Positions 1-12,389 of a stretch of 64,000 nucleotides of DNA are shown here, in pieces. Within the stretch, counting starts at the first letter, position 1. Every line of letters begins with the position of its first letter. A model generated the notes under the pieces. That model was not told the DNA's origin, did not search any database, and saw nothing but the letters and a program-made list of their open reading frames with translations. The stretch lies in the NCBI GenBank assembly GCA_976551045.1, contig CDPCPM010000275.1, forward strand, positions 3,534,001 to 3,598,000, given 5' to 3'. The position numbers and the translations under genes are program-made. This stretch comes from Glaucostegus cemiculus. Taxonomy: Eukaryota.

Positions 1-1177
1 CTGTAGTTGTATTAACAATACCCACCATGCTACTGGGGGGGAAAAAAGACATTCTAATTCCAGTATAAGTTAAATTTTAATGACATGTTAAGTCTAATTG
101 CTATCTAACAAGCTCTTATACTGGAAACTAATTTTCACATATGGTGAATCTCATTCTTTCACAACTTGTAAGATCACTTTTCCTTTATCCCTTTTGTCTC
201 TCACTCAGTCCCACCTCCCTTCCCTTCTTCACTTGATGTGTCATAGAATTAAGGTTTCTGATTTCCATTTCCTGGTTCAAAGTTTACTTTGTTCAGTAAA
301 AGGCCTTCAGTCAGGTTTGTTCATGAAATATGCGGATGCTCGTCCTCCTTGCATGGGTTCTAGAGAGTGTTGTATCAAATTGGTTTCACGGTTGCAACAA
401 GTTTGAGTGTAGAGCCCCATATAAAGTCTGTGGGCAAGGATAGCAGTAATAAGGGATTGGCATTAGTTGCTTTATCACTAACTGCAAAGTCCAGGTAATA
501 GTTCTCTGCCATAAATATGAAATATAGAAGATAAGTTGAAATGAATTTTGAGTAAGTTCTTGATGCAATCAGCCTATGTTTAAAACTTATAAAAAGCAAT
601 AACAGGTTAATTTGGACATTTGTTATCCAATGTACCTTTATTATAGTAGGTGAAGATAGAATTAAAAGTACTCCCTTAAATGAAGAAGATGCATGCTAAA
701 CTAATTAACCCAGATTTTATAGTTTAACTGTTCCTTTGAGATATTTTAAAGCTTTCCTTTAGTTTTTTTGAAGTGTACACTATTTTCTTTCATAAATATA
801 TAATCCTACATATATATTTCCACAGTTTAGACATTGTCACATGCAAAAGCTGGAGGTGGCGGAAATGAGTCATTGTGATGTAATTGGGAAGTTGTTTCTT
901 GGGTACTAAAATATTCTTAATTTATTTACGAGGTGTGGGTGGTATGGGGATCGCCAACAGCTATTCTTCATTCCTTTTTTCCCTTGAGTAGTACATCCAG
1001 TCTTGAAAATGAAGATTCTGTCATGATGCTGTTGGTTAGGAAGTTCCAGAAATGAAGTATGACAGATATGTTTTATTTTGAATCTCAGATAACATTAAAT
1101 TATACTTAGCTTTCCTATTGTTAGTTGATTAGTCTGACAAAGCATTGAATGGGTTTGAAACGCTGAGGTAGTTGTGA

Positions 1178-1262
1178 AAATAAGACCATGTGACATTAGA
1201 GCAGAATTATGCCATTCAGCCCATTGAGTCTGTTCCGCCATTCAATCGTAGTTGATTTATTA
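1178..1262 (-). mobile_element. Short 3'-end remnant of a CR1-type LINE
   Basis: ataagaccat...gagcagaattatgccattcagcccattgagtctgttccgccattcaat resembles a reverse-complemented elasmobranch CR1 3' UTR. Confidence 0.5.
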
Positions 1263-1762
1263 GCTTGAGGCACAGTCTGCTAATACATTTGCAAAAAGAG
1301 TGTTTAAAATATTATAGTACTGATCGGCAATCTGATTCGAAGGTGCGAAGGGACAAAGATCACGGTGTACCCCATTAATGCAGCTGCCCAATTCTTCAAA
1401 AGTATTGTTGTCCAGTGGAAATAGGTTTGGCTAGAAACTGAAGGAGATTAATTCAGGTATGTTAACTCCATACCAGCTGAGGCAGGTAGTTCGGTACACA
1501 CAAGGTTGGAATGGTGTTACTTTGTGGAGAAAAGTGGTGGGGGAATGTTAGGAATTAGAAGGGAACTTAGTGGGCTGAGATCAACAGAGTTGTTACAAGT
1601 AGATAGAGGTGAGAAGCCAATAAGGTGTAAGGATTAGACAAAGGTTAGGATCACAGGCAGAAGGATCAGGATCATTCGGAGAATTTAAGGTGAGAGTTGA
1701 TAGGGGTGGGATGAAGGTTAGCTGCTATGGATCGTAGGGCAGCACAAATTCTTTTGTTGGTA

Positions 1763-1995
1763 GAGAAACAAGGGACCGCAGATGCTGGAATCTAGATGAA
1801 AAACATGATGATGCTGGAGAAAATCAACAGTCCAGGCAGCATCTGTTGAGAAAAGCAGGCGGTCAACGTTTCAGGTCAAGACTCTTCTTCGGGACTCCTG
1901 AAGAAGGGTCCTAACCCAGGACATTGAGCCCCTGCTTTTCTCCTCAGGTGTTGCCTGGCCTGCTGAGTTCCTCCAGCATCATCATGTTTTTCATG
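1763..1995. mobile_element. Palindromic (foldback) element, probably Penelope-like-derived, with 8-bp TSD and degenerate hammerhead cores
   Basis: Arms 1796-~1894 and ~1896-1994, with the outer 24 bp perfectly complementary (atgaaaaacatgatgatgctggag / ctccagcatcatcatgtttttcat). 33-nt unpaired left extension. Flanking direct repeat TGTTGGTA at 1755-1762 and 1996-2003. Confidence 0.75.
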
Positions 1996-2409
1996 TGTTG
2001 GTATGATGATTGTCAGCTGTGGTGGGTCTATCAGATCGGTAACTCTCCAGGGTGAGAAGGCATTTGAATCTTCAGACTGCAGGTGAAGATTGCAAGCTGA
2101 AAGGTAATTGCTACTGGGGTTGGCTAGGGGCTTAGCAGAGAATCAGAGAAAGTATGTTTGTTAGCTGAGAGCTTCCTGAGGCTGGTTGTTAGCATTGGAC
2201 TTCACTGGCCGGCACTTGATCAAGCAAGGCACCTTTAAGTAAGGCTAAAGTATGTAACACAATAATTGGCCAATCTTGTTTATGCATGGATTGGCTGCAG
2301 ATTATTTGGGCTATATTCATGTGGATAAAATCCCAGAAATGATGTTCAGTTTGGCATCACATAGGTAACGGGTTTTGTAGTTGGAGGATTCAATGAAGGG
2401 GTAGGTGAA

Positions 2410-4260
2410 ATCCTAGTACACCTCTCCATAAATAAAGTGAAGTTACCTGATGCCTTAGCAGGTTTAAAGGGAATACATCCCTGGGGCTGGGTGAGATTTA
2501 TCCCCAACTGCAATAGGAGGCAAGGGAAGGGATTGCCAGAGTTCTGAAATGGATTTTTAATTCTTCACTGGCATTGTGAAGTACCAGATAACTGGAGGAT
2601 GGCAAATTTAGTCCCCCTTTTCGAGAAGGCAGCAGGGAAAAATCTGATAATTACAGACCTGTGAGTCTAACATCAGTAGGAGGGAAGTTATTGGGAAAAA
2701 AGAATCTGAGTGTGGAATTAATGATCACTTGAAAAGGCAGGGACTCATCAAAGGTCGTCATTATGGCTTTGTCAAGGGCAGATCTTGTCAGACTTAAGAG
2801 GTAATAAAGTGTATTGATGAGGACAGTGCAGTAAATTGCTTAACATAGACTTCATTAAGGCCTTTGACAAAGCCCCACATTGAAGACTGGTCCAAATGGA
2901 TAGAGCCCATGAGAGCCAAGGTAACTTGATAAATTGTATCCAAAATTAGTGATTGGAGGAAGAGGGTGTGGTAGAGGGTTGTTTTCATGAACGGATGCCT
3001 TTGACTAGTGGCATTCCGCAAGGATCAGTGCTGGGACCTTTGTTTATAATATATTTGAATGAGTGCTGGGACCCCTGTTTGTAATATACTTGAATGAGTG
3101 GTGTGTAGGAGGCATGATCAGTAAAGTTTGCAGATGACATGAAGATTGGTGGAATTGTTGACTGTGTGGAGGGTGGTCATAGGCCACTGAGTGTTGGTGA
3201 AATGGGCTGAGAAATGGCAGATGGAGTTTAATGCAAATTAATCTGACATAATGCATTTTGGGAGTACTAATGAGGCTAGGACATACACAATGATTATTAA
3301 GGTCCTATGGTCTATTGAGGAACAGAAGGACCTTGGTGTTCAAGAAAAAGATCCTTGAATGTGGCAGTGCAGCTAGGTAAAGTGGTTAAGAAGACCGTGG
3401 AACACTGCCCTTCACTGGGCTTCAAATACAAGAGTAGAGAGGCTATGCACCAACTTCATTAAAACATTGGTAAATCCTCTGCTGGATTACTGCATGTCAC
3501 TCTGGTCACCACACCATAGGAAAAATGTGATTGTTCTGGAGAGGGTGCAGAGGAGATTCATCAGGATGTTACCAAGGTTGGACCATTTCAGTTATGAGGA
3601 GTGACTGGAGAGACTAGGTCTGTTTTCCCTGGAGTAGAGGAGGTTAAGAGGGTATGTGATTGAGGTACATAAAACTATGAGGGCTATTGATAGGGTATAC
3701 TTGCAAGTAACTTTTCCCTGTATCAGGGGTAGATAAAACTAGAGGACATAGATTTAGGGTAATAAGTAAGAGATAGGGATCTAAGAAGAACTCCCAGAGG
3801 GAGTGGAGGAAGTAGAATCACTGTCAGCATTTAAGAAGTGTCTATATGAGCACTTGAATCATCTCGGTATGGAAGGCTATAGGCCAAACGCTGGGTGGTG
3901 GGATTAATACGGATGAGTTCCCACTGGTTGGTGTGTTCGAGGTACAAAGGTCCAGAGGGAAAATTATAGATTCATGCGCAAGTCCCTGAATTTCCATTAG
4001 GTTTAATGTGTAGCTGTCTAGCACACAGGTATATGGTAGAATGCAATTTAGGACATAGATTTAGGGTAATAAGTAAGAGATAGGGATCTAAGAAGAACTT
4101 TTTACACCCAGAGAGTGACAAATACCTGGAAGGCACTACCAGAGGGAGTGGAGGAAGTAGAGTCACTGTCAGCATTTAAGAAGAGTCTATATGAGCACTT
4201 GAATCATCTCGGTATGGAAGGCTATAGGCCAAACGCTGGGTGGTGGGATTAATACGGATG
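2410..4260 (+). mobile_element. Decayed CR1 LINE ORF2 (RT) to 3' end
   Basis: Frameshifted RT motifs: NYRPVSLTSVGGK (~2650), TSGIPQGSVLGP (~3004), ISKVFADDMKIGG-like (~3118), LERVQRRFIRMLP (~3536). Confidence 0.9.
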
Positions 4261-4394
4261 AGTTCCCACTGGTTGGTGTGTTCGAGGTACAAAGGTCCAG
4301 AAGGAAAATTATAGATTCATGCGCAAGTCCCTGAATTTCCATTAGGTTTAATGTGTAGCTGTCTAGCACACAGGTATATGGTAGAATGCAATTT
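3743..4394 (+). repeat. Near-identical tandem duplication (3743-4049 and 4050-4394)
   Basis: Both copies run aggacatagatttagggtaat...gaatgcaattt. Copy 1 lacks 38 nt present in copy 2. Also visible as twin ORFs 3842-4024 and 4187-4429. Confidence 0.95.
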
Positions 4395-4649
4395 AGTTTC
4401 CAGGCAATTCTGTTATTGAGAGCCATCATTTTATTAGCACATGGACATGAATTGATTTCACAGCAATAAAGCCATGTATCTGAATTTTATTGTTTTGATA
4501 TTAATCTGACAATTTATAGAAATATTCCATTTTGCATTGAAACAACTGCTTTAATATGAGAAATACTATTATTACAGAATGAAAAATTTTACAAGTTTTT
4601 ATATATCTGTAGAAGCTGTCTATTATTATTTAGTATTTGCTCTCATATT

Positions 4650-5250
4650 CTATCTTCTCCCTCTTTACATTGTTGTAAACATTATTTGTTGGTTTTTCAA
4701 AGTTTGTTAATCATCTGATCTACCTCTAATCTTTACAACATTGTATGCCTTTTATTCCTAAATCAACTATGAATGGCACCTCCTTTTTGTACAGCCTTTC
4801 TTGCTTACCGGAATATATCTTTGCTAAGATTTATGAGCTATCTCTATAAATGTTTGCCACTGCTGATCTACCATTTTACCCAGTAATCTATATTCTCATG
4901 CTACGCCAGCCAACTCTGTTCTCTTACCGCTGTAATTGCCTTTATTTAAGTTGATATTTAAGTTGATTTAAGTTTTAAATTGATAGCTTCATGATATTTT
5001 GCCATGCCATCAAGACTCTTTTCTAGTGGATCCTTTACTATGAAATCATGAATTAATTCTTTTATTATACTGTACAATACCAGATCTGAAGTAACCTGTT
5101 CTTCATTTGATTCTTCAACATTCTGAATTCATTCTCAAGACTACCCTTACTAATTTGATTTGTCTAATCTACATGATAACTAAAATTTCCCATGATTATT
5201 GCAGTACTTTTCTTACAAGCCCTCATTCCTGGATTATACTCTATCCTACA
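4650..5250 (-). mobile_element. Old CR1 LINE, endonuclease region
   Basis: Minus strand near 5150-5206 reads TAIIMGNFSYHVD*TNQISKGSLE, a decayed APE-like MGDFN motif. Confidence 0.7.
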
Positions 5251-5255
5251 ACATA

Positions 5256-5900
5256 TAATAAACCCTTATATATTGCAGTTTTTTGATTTTGCAGTGGAAA
5301 CCCAAGACTAATTCCAGTTGAGGCTTCTGCATGGCCACAGTGTGATTAGAAGAACTAGTGTGAGCAGCATTTAGCATCAGTCCCATCTATCGCCATCTGC
5401 ATCTCATAGTCTTAGTGGCCCCTAAAAAAAATAAGTGTACATTCATCTAGTCAAACGAAACCCAAGAGGCAAAAGAAAGTGATAACAAAGTTAAGTTGTT
5501 GGACAAACTAAAGAGTGGGATGATTGCTCCAGCCATTGGCTACTTGATTAGGGTGAAGAAGTTGATGGGAAAGTTTGTCTTTAAGAAAAAACTGAAATTT
5601 GAGATACCCATAACATCAAGTGCCTCAGCTGTTGCCAAAGTAACTTAGCAAGCTTGTGACAAAACGTTTGTGAAAACAGAGAAAACATTGAGCTTACGAA
5701 TTGAAGACATGCAGAGGACAAGTGCTCATGGATGGAATGGTTATCCATAAGAATATCATGTGAATATTTTTGAGAAGCCACAGTTAGTCAAGCTTTCTTT
5801 AATCTGAGCAAAGGATGGTTTGAGAACTTTAATAAAAGGTTCTTTCTTTATAACGTAAAACTAACTAGCAAGGCTGCATCTGCAGGTCATGAGGCAGAAC
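5256..5900 (+). mobile_element. Tigger/pogo DNA transposon fossil (5' end, HTH-psq and CENP-B HTH)
   Basis: 5798-5899 translates FNLSKGWFENFNKRFFLYNVKLTSKAASAGHEAE (Tigger motif F.ASKGWF..F.KR..L.NVK..GEAASAD). KPKRQKKVIT...KVKLLDKLKSG near 5458-5520. Decayed TIR-like start near 5256. Confidence 0.85.
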
Positions 5901-5929
5901 AAGTGTACATTGCCTTATTTTGCCCTCAT

Positions 5930-6365
5930 GCTTCTTTAACTTTTCTAGTTCCCTAAACTCTGCCTGCAGGACCTCACCTTTCTTTTATACGTCTGTTATT
6001 GGGACTGGTGTGGACCATGTCCTCTGGCTAGGGACTTCACCCTAGAGAATGCTCTCTAGTTACTCAGTAGCATCGCTGACTCTGTAGTAGCTCCTGAACT
6101 GCATGCCTGCTCCTCTTGATCAGTCTGGTGACTGCCTATTCCCTCTCTGCTCACACATTCTTAAACTGTGGTGTGACCACTGCTCTAAATGTGCTATCTG
6201 CCAAGTCCTCAGCCTTGCAGGTACACCACAGTGATTCCAGCCACAGCTCCACCTTTAAAAACCAGAGCTTAAGCTGCTGCAGCTGAAGACACTGTCTGCA
6301 TGTGTGTCCCTGGAAGTATCCACCACTTACTAAATGCTACAGCATTTCATTCAGCTGAGCTGTCC
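5930..6365 (-). mobile_element. Old CR1 LINE ORF1 region, probably the continuation of 4650-5250
   Basis: Minus strand 6300-6162 reads CRQCLQLQQLKLWFLKVELWLESLWCTCKAEDLADSTFRAVVTPQF, resembling the CR1 ORF1 zinc-finger/leucine-zipper region. Confidence 0.7.
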
Positions 6366-7479
6366 TGATGTTCTTTACCTTTTAGAGTTTAGAATTTATA
6401 AAGCAGAAATTAAACACCAGAAAAGATTCACCAGTTATGCACAAATCAGCTTACAGTACCTGCTTTCTACCAACACCTCTTTTGAATTCTGGCATCAAAT
6501 ATTCAAACGATTGCTTTTCCCAAACTCCCCAAGCCTCGGTTTCACATTTTTAAAAAAGTCAGTACGATAAATGTTGTTTATATTTGTTTTCAGATGTGTT
6601 CAGTGAGGCATTTCATTTATTATCTGGTGCTATTCAATGTTTAGATATTTGGTGCAAAGAAATTTAATAACTTTGAGGTGTGGCTGAGGAGCAAGAAACA
6701 GAGAGAGTTATCAACCCACTATTTGAAGTTAGTTACAAAGTAAATCTGCTACTGACATCAAAGCTTCCCAAGAAGATCTAGCAAAAACTTCTCTTGCTGA
6801 CATCAGCTGGTGATAACCAGTGAAATCTCTGACACCCTTTAGTTATGATGTTGTTACTTTGGCAAGGCAAGAATTCTCTCAAAAATCTACAAGGTAGCAT
6901 TCCTCCCTCCAAAAGAAGAGGATGTGCATTTGATTGAAGTGGAGGCTGCAATATCATAAATAATTTTTTTCTATTTTAAATTTTTTCTTTATTTTTTTGA
7001 AACACTTGGGTAACGAATTACAATCCATATGCATAACTTATTTTTTAGGGCATGAGAATTTGCCCCACAGCAATTATGGATTAGTATGCCATGAACCTCT
7101 TGCAGACTTCATGTAATTAAGCATCTGACTCTCTGGATATTTTGCAATGGGATTAGTTTAGAAGTAGCTGAAATTTACTTTGGTTCAACTGATTTCTCTT
7201 GATTATAGTGGAAGAGACTAGAAATATGCAGCCTTCAAAGGTGTGCTAAATTAGTAATGGCTAGCTTCAACATTTGTGTTAAGCTATGCAAATAAAAAAC
7301 ATAACACTTGGTGTCTCTTTTCCAGACTATTGTTGATAAATGAAAGCAGTTTCAACTTTTTAATATCACAAAATCGGGTCAATGGCTTTAATCTAGATGG
7401 GCATATGATGCAAAGCTCCATGGGTTCCACTATAGTTCTCATTGCAGATGATGATTTTGCTTTGAGTATAAAAAGCTTC

Positions 7480-7990
7480 ACTTTGGATTTCTTTGGACAT
7501 TGAAGGGAGTTTTGCAAAACATTGGAAAAGATCTGGACAGTTAAATGGATAATTGACAAATACAACACTACTGAGAAGTCTGATTTTGGAAGGGTAAAAT
7601 GCAATTATCGGTTCAGAATGTTCCTAAATGATGTGGATGAATGGAAACCGAGAATTTCAAATATGTAATTCCATCAAAAAAGCTTGTGATAGATAAAGCC
7701 ATTTAAAGGATAAATGTTATTTTATGATTTGAAAATAGAGGTACAAGAGTGCAAGGCAGTGGTTAGGTTTTCGTGTCCATTTTGGAGACCTCTTTTGCGC
7801 AAATATACTATGTATATTAACCAAGTTAATACCAGAGTAAAGAATGTATAGGAATGAGTGTTTTTCTTTCAGAAGAAAAATGTAATAGAGATTTTTGAAC
7901 CATAATTGGTTTTGTAAAGTGAGTAAATTCCACTAGTTCTGTTTGGGGATTAATTGCAGAGAGGCCATCAATTTAAAGTCATCATTGTCA
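7480..7990 (+). mobile_element. Very decayed CR1-like 3' RT fragment
   Basis: Residual similarity (cattttggaagg-like, gtccattttggagacc, ggccatcaatttaaag) to CR1 3' regions elsewhere in the window. Confidence 0.4.
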
Positions 7991-9210
7991 GATTACACAA
8001 TGACATTAATGGAAAAAATTATAAAATAGAGGAATATGCAGTCTATGTGGATAAAAGCAGACCAAATTTGTTTGGGATTTCTGTCATCAGGAATTGGCAG
8101 AAATATGATGGTCAAATAATTTTATTCTTCAATACATACTTTGAGCATTTGAACAATGAGGAGTAAAGCATTTTTATGTATGTATTTTCAAAGGAAGCTT
8201 ATAAATAGATGATGATTTATTTGACTATCAAATTTAAATACATTTTATCAAAAGGAAGTTTTAATGCTCTATTCTATAAAAGCCAAACCATTAATTTTCC
8301 AATAACTTACTGTATTTAGAGTTTACTTTGAAAGGTTAATACATATCCAGTACTTCTGCTTGATCAAATAACCCAAATTTACTTAGAAACCATTTTTGCA
8401 CCCCTTTCTTAGGAATTACAATACTTGTGAATGTTTGGTATGTAATATATTTTTGCTTTTTGTTCTGTTTCTGGCTGCACTTAAATCTCGTTTAAGGGCA
8501 ATCTCTCAAAATGCCTTTTTTCACCAATGTGCTACAAAATTCTGAAAATAGCACCATTGTCAAGTTCCACATATGGATTTAAAATTGCCCCTTCAGTACT
8601 GAGGTGGGTAACACATTCACTGTTGATTTTAGTGAATTAAATTGCTACCGTGCTGTCAAGTTCAATTTGTATGTTGGATAACCCTCACACAGTGTCCCTG
8701 TGTGACCAGTCAGCTCCAACAACAGCTTATGTATCTTTTATTTGTTTTTGTTTTGTTTTCACTTATAGTTGTGAAAAGAACCATTTTCAGAAATTAGAAG
8801 CCACAGATCCATACCATTTTGTGACTTGATTAACTTTCGTCTTGTATGTACAATTCTTCAATGTCTAGCCTATGTACCAACAGTTCCAGAACATTGGACT
8901 GAATTGGCTCTCTTTTAACGTTTCTAATTGCAGGTTTACCTTTCGACTCATCTTACATCTATAGTTGAATGGCAAAATGTTGAACATTGCAGGGCAGGAC
9001 CATTGATTAGTGTTCTATTTCTTTTATACAAATGTATTTTTGGCAGATTGTGATGATTTATGTATATTTCACCTTTAATTTTTATCATTTCAGAGTTTTA
9101 TTCTGTTTTAATTTTAATCTCCAAAGATGGTTACACCTGGAAACATGTTGGGAGAAATGCTAACGGTTATCCTCTGAAATAATATTCCTAGTTTTCCTGC
9201 TTTTTCTCAG

Positions 9211-9342
9211 GAATCAGTGCAAAAGAAAGACGAAAGAATTGAGGAATTGGAAGAAGCCCTGCGTGAGAGCGTACAGATAAATGCGGAGAGAGAGGTGGTT
9301 CTCGCCCAGGAAGAGGCTTCTAGATCTTCTGCAGAGAAACAG
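9211..9342 (+). CDS. ERC2: Internal coding exon (132 nt, phase 0/0) of an ELKS/CAST (ERC) coiled-coil protein; probable cassette exon
   Basis: Acceptor ttttcctgctttttctcag|GAA, donor CAG|gtctgc. Translates ESVQKKDERIEELEEALRESVQINAEREVVLAQEEASRSSAEKQ, matching the recalled ERC1 segment DSLRKKDDRIEELEEALRESVQITAEREMVLAQEESARTNAEKQ. Splices in frame to 20079. The paralog call rests on the next exon. Confidence 0.9.
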
Positions 9343-11617
9343 GTCTGCATGAGAGAACTTGCCTTTACCCTTTCTTCTCAGTGGCATAATGTCAGGGGAC
9401 ATTCAATGGATTTCAAATTTTTAACCACACTCCCTCCCATTGTGTGTTTTCTTTTAAATGACTTCATTATTTTGAAAATCTGTAGCATCTTTCATGTCTG
9501 AGAAAGGATTCAACAGTTAAAATACAAATTGTCCAGATAAATGTTGCCCTGTTGTTTAGCTTTTGTCCTTTGCAAACAAAATGTTAAAGTATTAGTTTAT
9601 TTTGTTGAATGCTCAGAATAACTTTAAGCTAATTTTACTCAAATTATATTCTAAATTTTAATGACCTCTTATGGATTAAACTGAAGATAAACAGAAGTGG
9701 CACTTTATTAAACATGAAAGCATACTGTGAGTGAGTGATGAAATATAAGCCCCACTCATTCAGGAAGATTTGCCAATCTCTTTGTAACGTAACTTGTAAT
9801 GTTTTTTTTTAAGTCATGCAGTTTTAATTTGTAATGGTAAATGCAGCAATAAATGTGCAGAGCTAAATTTCCTTTTCATAAGAGTCATTTATTTATTTTT
9901 TCCTGAGTTGCCATTTCTAATTCTGTTCTAAAGTCATGTCAACTTGCTAGATAAGAGTTATAGGCTGCAAATTGGCTTAATAATGTTTGGTTGAGAGCAA
10001 TCTGTCACAAAGATTGACAGTCTCCTTGTATGAGAGAAAACGTATTCCATTGGTCAAACACACAATCCTTTCTCAGGCACAAAAGTGTCACTTCTATTTA
10101 TCTTTGTTTGAATCCTGCATTGAATGATTTAATTTGATTGCCAACTAAAATCGGCAATTGGTGCTTCAGCAAGATAATTGTTGCATTTTAGAATTGCAGA
10201 ATAAACTTCACATTCTTCCATGCCAATTGTGGAAATATTCTTTGTTTCTGTTGATCCGCCATTGTTATATCCTGAGCTCAGAACCACAAAAATGTAGTCC
10301 ACAGGTGTTTCCATCCCTTCACTGTCATCCATCATAAATCCAGTGACTGTTCCCTGACAGAAGCCTAATACTAAAAGTTCTTTCATGTCCTGTGCTTTTC
10401 ATTCTCTGTACCTTTCAGCCAGGCTTCACCTAATTATAAGTATGGAGCCAGCAGATTTAGAATGAAACTTTTTCATGGTGAATGCTTCAAGTTGTGACTG
10501 TTGCCACTATATTCACTTGCTCTTCTTCCAGTCCTCATTTTTCGGTTATTTCAAAGTGTGTAAGTTATATCTAAGACCATTGAACATTGAATAAATTTTA
10601 ACTGTTTGAGTACCATTGATCAGAATGCACATTTATGTTTTCTAGAATGAAATATTTTAGTCACGCAAACAATTTGAAGTCTGACTTGTTTATTCAGTAC
10701 TATATACATAGTAACAGTTTCTAGCACCCTAGAATTGCAACTTAATTGATAAATATTGTAAATCTATTTCACTTTTGCATTATTAGATTAAAGCTGTGTA
10801 CTCAAATGGCTAAAATGGCAATTGCAGTAATGAGTTTCTTCTGTAGTGGTCTATAGTATATACGGTTGAGATGAATCGGGAAACTTCCTGTTGAAGAATG
10901 CAAATAACTTATTCTTTGAAGCAATCTTAATTCTACCTTCTTATACTACTTAAACAGTACATAGCAATCATAGAATCTCTTATCACTGTAACTTATTTCC
11001 TTGTAGTTCTACTTTTCCTTACCATCTAAGCTACTGTTTTTATAAATGCAGCTGCATGATTATTCTATGTAATCATGCATTCCTGTTCCTAATCTTATCT
11101 ACTTACAATTATGATAATGCAAAATATCTCTTTTCCACACCACTTCTTGATTTTGAATCTCATTTGTGATTTCCAGGTACATCTTCTGTCTGACTCTTAA
11201 ATTTCCTTCTCTTTACTTTCTTTCACAGGGAAACAAATTTTGATCCCCTATATATCTATAGTGACAATGAAACAAACCAATTAACTAACTTACTGATTTT
11301 TTCCAGATATCTTAACCTCTTTCTCTATTTCATCCTTATTTCATTCTGCTGGCATGCAGCTATTCAACATAACGTTCAGCTAATATTGTTTGTTTAATCT
11401 GAGTCATTCAATGGTCTTTCTGAACATCTACTCATTATGCAGCTCAAACCAAAGAGGTGGATTGACTTCACAATTGCTGCCTGTGGTAATCGTGAATTAT
11501 TAGGAGATTCGTATTATTGATATTTTGTTTGGCTTTTTGTACAGATTTTTTGTCATAAAACTAAACAAAAAATTGCAAATACTCAACACGCATGACAGTG
11601 TGTATGGAGACTGTGTA

Positions 11618-11705
11618 CGAGAGAGAGAAATAGTGGGAGAGAGAAAGAAATAGTGAGGAAGAAATAGCTAGAGAGTGAAAGAGAGATAATGAGGGGGAGA
11701 GAGAG
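11618..11705 (+). repeat. Degenerate GA-rich simple repeat
   Basis: gagagagagaaatagtgggagagagaaagaaatagtgagg...gagagagagagg. Confidence 0.8.
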
Positions 11706-12389
11706 GTATGGAGTTATTATTTTAGTCCAGTGACCATATATCGGAAATATTAATGTGTTTTCTTGGTTAGAAGGGATCTATTTATTAGGAATCTTTGTTG
11801 TTCCAGTTTGGGAACTACCTCCATGCAAAAAAAACCTAAGCTTTCCAATGTAATTTAAATTGCTTTGGATTCTACAATTTGAAAGGGCTTGTGTAAGGTT
11901 AATGTTTGTTAGGAGGGAGATTTTTACCAATGAGCTATATTAAATGGGTTTTGGGGGAAAATAGAGGATGGCAGACAGCACATGGTCCAGCCCAGAACTT
12001 TTAGCTTGTGAACTGCATTTCCAAATCAGAGCTTAAATTTCCACCAGTGCCAGTGGGATCCTATTTGGCCAGTAGATGAGAGGTGAATTTCAGTTGGAAG
12101 AACACTGTGTTCAAAGTTGATTTTAAACACTGGGGTTTGGAATCCTAAGCACAGAAACAACAATGTTCAAGGGATGAATTAAGGTACAAGGAGTCTCAAG
12201 GAAGGGAAGAAACCCTTGTCTTCTGATCCATAAGGAAACACAAATAATTTCTAAATATTTTTATTTCACGGGGCCTTTTCTGACCCTAGATTTATTTCCT
12301 GGAGGTTCAGCTTGATAGCCATGAAGGCATCCCCATGTAGGACCACCTTTATGATCTGAATTACACTCCAATGAGATGCAAAGCAGGTG

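Noticed and set aside
3027-3096. Short two-copy tandem repeats (also ~13555-13610, ~33273-33330, ~48940-48979, ~53158-53204) as a CRISPR-like or functional array
   Set aside because: Two adjacent copies without spacers; ordinary slippage duplications in a vertebrate intron.
9217-9501. 94-aa ORF as a standalone gene
   Set aside because: ERC similarity stops exactly at the GT donor (9343). The rest is intron read-through.
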